DNA from: Candidatus Fervidifonticultor sextus
GTDB taxonomy: Bacteria; Sysuimicrobiota; Sysuimicrobiia; Sysuimicrobiales; Humicultoraceae
Direction: 5' to 3'
Length of the DNA stretch: 48,860 nt
Assembly: GCA_031459875.1 (NCBI GenBank)
Contig: JAVKHQ010000021.1
Span: forward strand, 1-48,860
Below the pieces are notes generated by a model. That model was given only the letters and a program-made list of their open reading frames with translations, was not told where the DNA came from and did not search any database. This document shows positions 47,102 through 48,860 of this stretch, in pieces; position 1 is the first letter of the stretch, and every line of letters starts with the position of its first letter. Position numbers and translations under genes: made by a program.

Positions 47102-48007
47102 GTGACGACGGGCAGCGCGTCGGAGCCCACAGGTATGCGGCCGGGAGGCCTGCGCGGACGAAGGCCTCCCGGGCTCGCCGCCGTGATCGTCCTCGCCCCG
47201 TTCTTCGCCTACACCCTGGCTTTCCTGCTCCTGCCTTCCGCATCGGTCCTGGTGGGCGCCTTTCAGAACGAGCAGGGCGAGTTCACCCTGGCCAACGTGG
47301 CCGCAATCTTTGAAGGCCAGCACCTCCAGGCCTACATCAACAGCCTGCAGATCAGTGCGGCCACGGCCGCAGCCGGAGGGCTATTCGGGTTCCTCATGGC
47401 CTACGCCGCGGCGGGGGGCGGAGGCCCCCCGTGGATTCGGACCGCGCTCACCACGTTCTCGGGCGTGGCCGCCAACTTCGCCGGCGTCCCGCTGGCCTTC
47501 GCGTTCATCGCCACGCTGGGCACCACCGGCCTGCTGACCCAGATGCTGAAGTCCGCGGGCATAGACCTCTACGGGGCCGGGTTCACGCTGTTCTCGTTTT
47601 CCGGCCTGGCCCTCACGTACCTCTACTTCCAGATGCCCCTGATGATCCTGGTCATCGTGCCTGCCATCGACGGCCTGCGGCGTGAGTGGCGCGAGGCGGC
47701 GGCCAACCTGGGAGCCTCCGGCTTCGAGTACTGGCGCTACATCGGGCTGCCGATCCTCTGGCCGTCGCTGCTGGGGGCCATGGTGCTCCTGTTTGGAAAC
47801 GCGTTTGCGGCCTACGCCACCCCCTACGCCCTCACCCAGGGGGTCATCACGCTGGTGACGACGCAGATCGGGAACGTGCTGCAGGGCAACGTGCTCACCG
47901 ACCCCCACCTGGGCCAGGCCCTGGCCCTGGGGATGATCGTGGTCATCGCGGTCGCCATGGCGACCTACGCGGCGCTGCAGCGGCGCACCGCGCGCTGGGT
48001 GCGATGA
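47102..48007 (+). CDS. ABC permease (PotB-like)
   Basis: NFAGVPLAFAF, YFQMPLM and EAAANLGA motifs. Confidence 0.9.
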   Translation: MTTGSASEPTGMRPGGLRGRRPPGLAAVIVLAPFFAYTLAFLLLPSASVLVGAFQNEQGEFTLANVAAIFEGQHLQAYINSLQISAATAAAGGLFGFLMAYAAAGGGGPPWIRTALTTFSGVAANFAGVPLAFAFIATLGTTGLLTQMLKSAGIDLYGAGFTLFSFSGLALTYLYFQMPLMILVIVPAIDGLRREWREAAANLGASGFEYWRYIGLPILWPSLLGAMVLLFGNAFAAYATPYALTQGVITLVTTQIGNVLQGNVLTDPHLGQALALGMIVVIAVAMATYAALQRRTARWVR

Positions 48008-48792
48008 GCCGCCGGGTATCGCCGGGGCGCGCCCTCTGGCTCGGGCTGGGAGCCGCGTATTTCATCATCCCGCTGGTCGCCACCATGGAGTTCAGCCTGC
48101 GGGCCGGCGGAGGCCGCTACGACTTCTCGGCGTACGCGTTCATCCTCAACGACCCGCGGTTTCGGGAGAGCTTCCTCCTGTCATTCGGCCTGGCCCTGGA
48201 GACGATCGCAGTCGCGCTGGTCCTGCTGGTCCCCACCGTGTACTGGGTGCACCTGCGGCTGCCGCGGCTGCGGCCGGTCGTGGAGTTCATCTCGGTCCTG
48301 CCCTTCGTCGTCCCGGCCATCGTGCTGGTGGTCGGCCTGCTCGACCTCTACCGGGGGGCTCCCGAGTTCTTCGTTGGGACCCCGCAGATCCTCGTCGCCG
48401 GCTACGTGATCCTGGCGCTGCCGTACGTCTACAGGGCGCTGGACGCCGGGATGCGGGCCATCGACATCCACACCCTCACCGAGGCGGCCCAGAGCCTCGG
48501 GGCGGGCTGGACCACGACCCTCTTCCGGGTCATCCTGCCGAACCTCCAGGCGGCCGTCCTCAGCGGGGCGTTCATCACCCTGGCCATCGTGATGGGCGAG
48601 TTCACCCTGGCCAACGTCCTCCTCTTCAACACCTTCTCGGTCTACATCAACTACATCGGCGAGACGCACGCCACCCCGGCCGCGGCGCTCACGCTCATCA
48701 GTTTCGCGATCACGTGGGTGGCCATGCTGGGACTGCTGGGGCTGGGCCGACAACTCGGCGGGCGGCAGGCGCAGATCGGCGGGGCGCGGTAG
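48004..48792 (+). CDS. ABC permease (PotC-like)
   Basis: ATGA overlap; LPYVYR, EAAQSLGA and GEFT motifs. Confidence 0.9.
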   Translation: MSRRVSPGRALWLGLGAAYFIIPLVATMEFSLRAGGGRYDFSAYAFILNDPRFRESFLLSFGLALETIAVALVLLVPTVYWVHLRLPRLRPVVEFISVLPFVVPAIVLVVGLLDLYRGAPEFFVGTPQILVAGYVILALPYVYRALDAGMRAIDIHTLTEAAQSLGAGWTTTLFRVILPNLQAAVLSGAFITLAIVMGEFTLANVLLFNTFSVYINYIGETHATPAAALTLISFAITWVAMLGLLGLGRQLGGRQAQIGGAR

Positions 48793-48793
48793 C

Positions 48794-48860
48794 ATGGCCT
48801 ACCTGGAACTCAGGGAACTGCGCAAGACCTTCGGCGACGTGGTGGCGCTGGACCACCTCG
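48794..48860 (+). CDS. ABC ATPase (PotA-like), partial, runs off the window
   Basis: MAYLELRELRKTFGDVVALDHL, directly after the permeases. Confidence 0.8.
   Translation, partial: MAYLELRELRKTFGDVVALDHL

Overview
High-GC bacterial chromosomal segment with about 45 mostly metabolic genes. The lineage is probably Terrabacteria such as Armatimonadota/CSP1-3; this is inferred from gene style only. I found no rRNA, intact tRNA, CRISPR array or transposase. Positions 1-2609 look like the decayed right end of a genomic island: it ends in a degenerate 3' half of a tRNA-His (att-like) and carries a frameshifted restriction-modification controller (C-protein) gene with a well-preserved double C-box. 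A second decayed islet (about 16.3-17.7 kb) holds three pseudogenes. The rest is dominated by redox/respiratory modules and amine or sugar-acid metabolism. Best candidate for an undescribed system is 7394-11136: a secreted His/Cys protein, a type II NADH dehydrogenase fused to a 4-TM two-His membrane domain, and a coupled membrane protein built from three more copies of that domain. Also notable are a quinol-site-less cytochrome bd-like oxidase with a fused heme c, a Tat sulfite-oxidase-family enzyme coupled to a blue-copper protein, a GT2-SIS-NodI/NodJ-like run, a PPi-signature PFK beside pckA, a 59-aa membrane protein missed by the ORF track, and a recurrent (A/G)GG(A/G)-N16-18-GAAC promoter motif. 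All family calls come from motif recognition; no database search was run.
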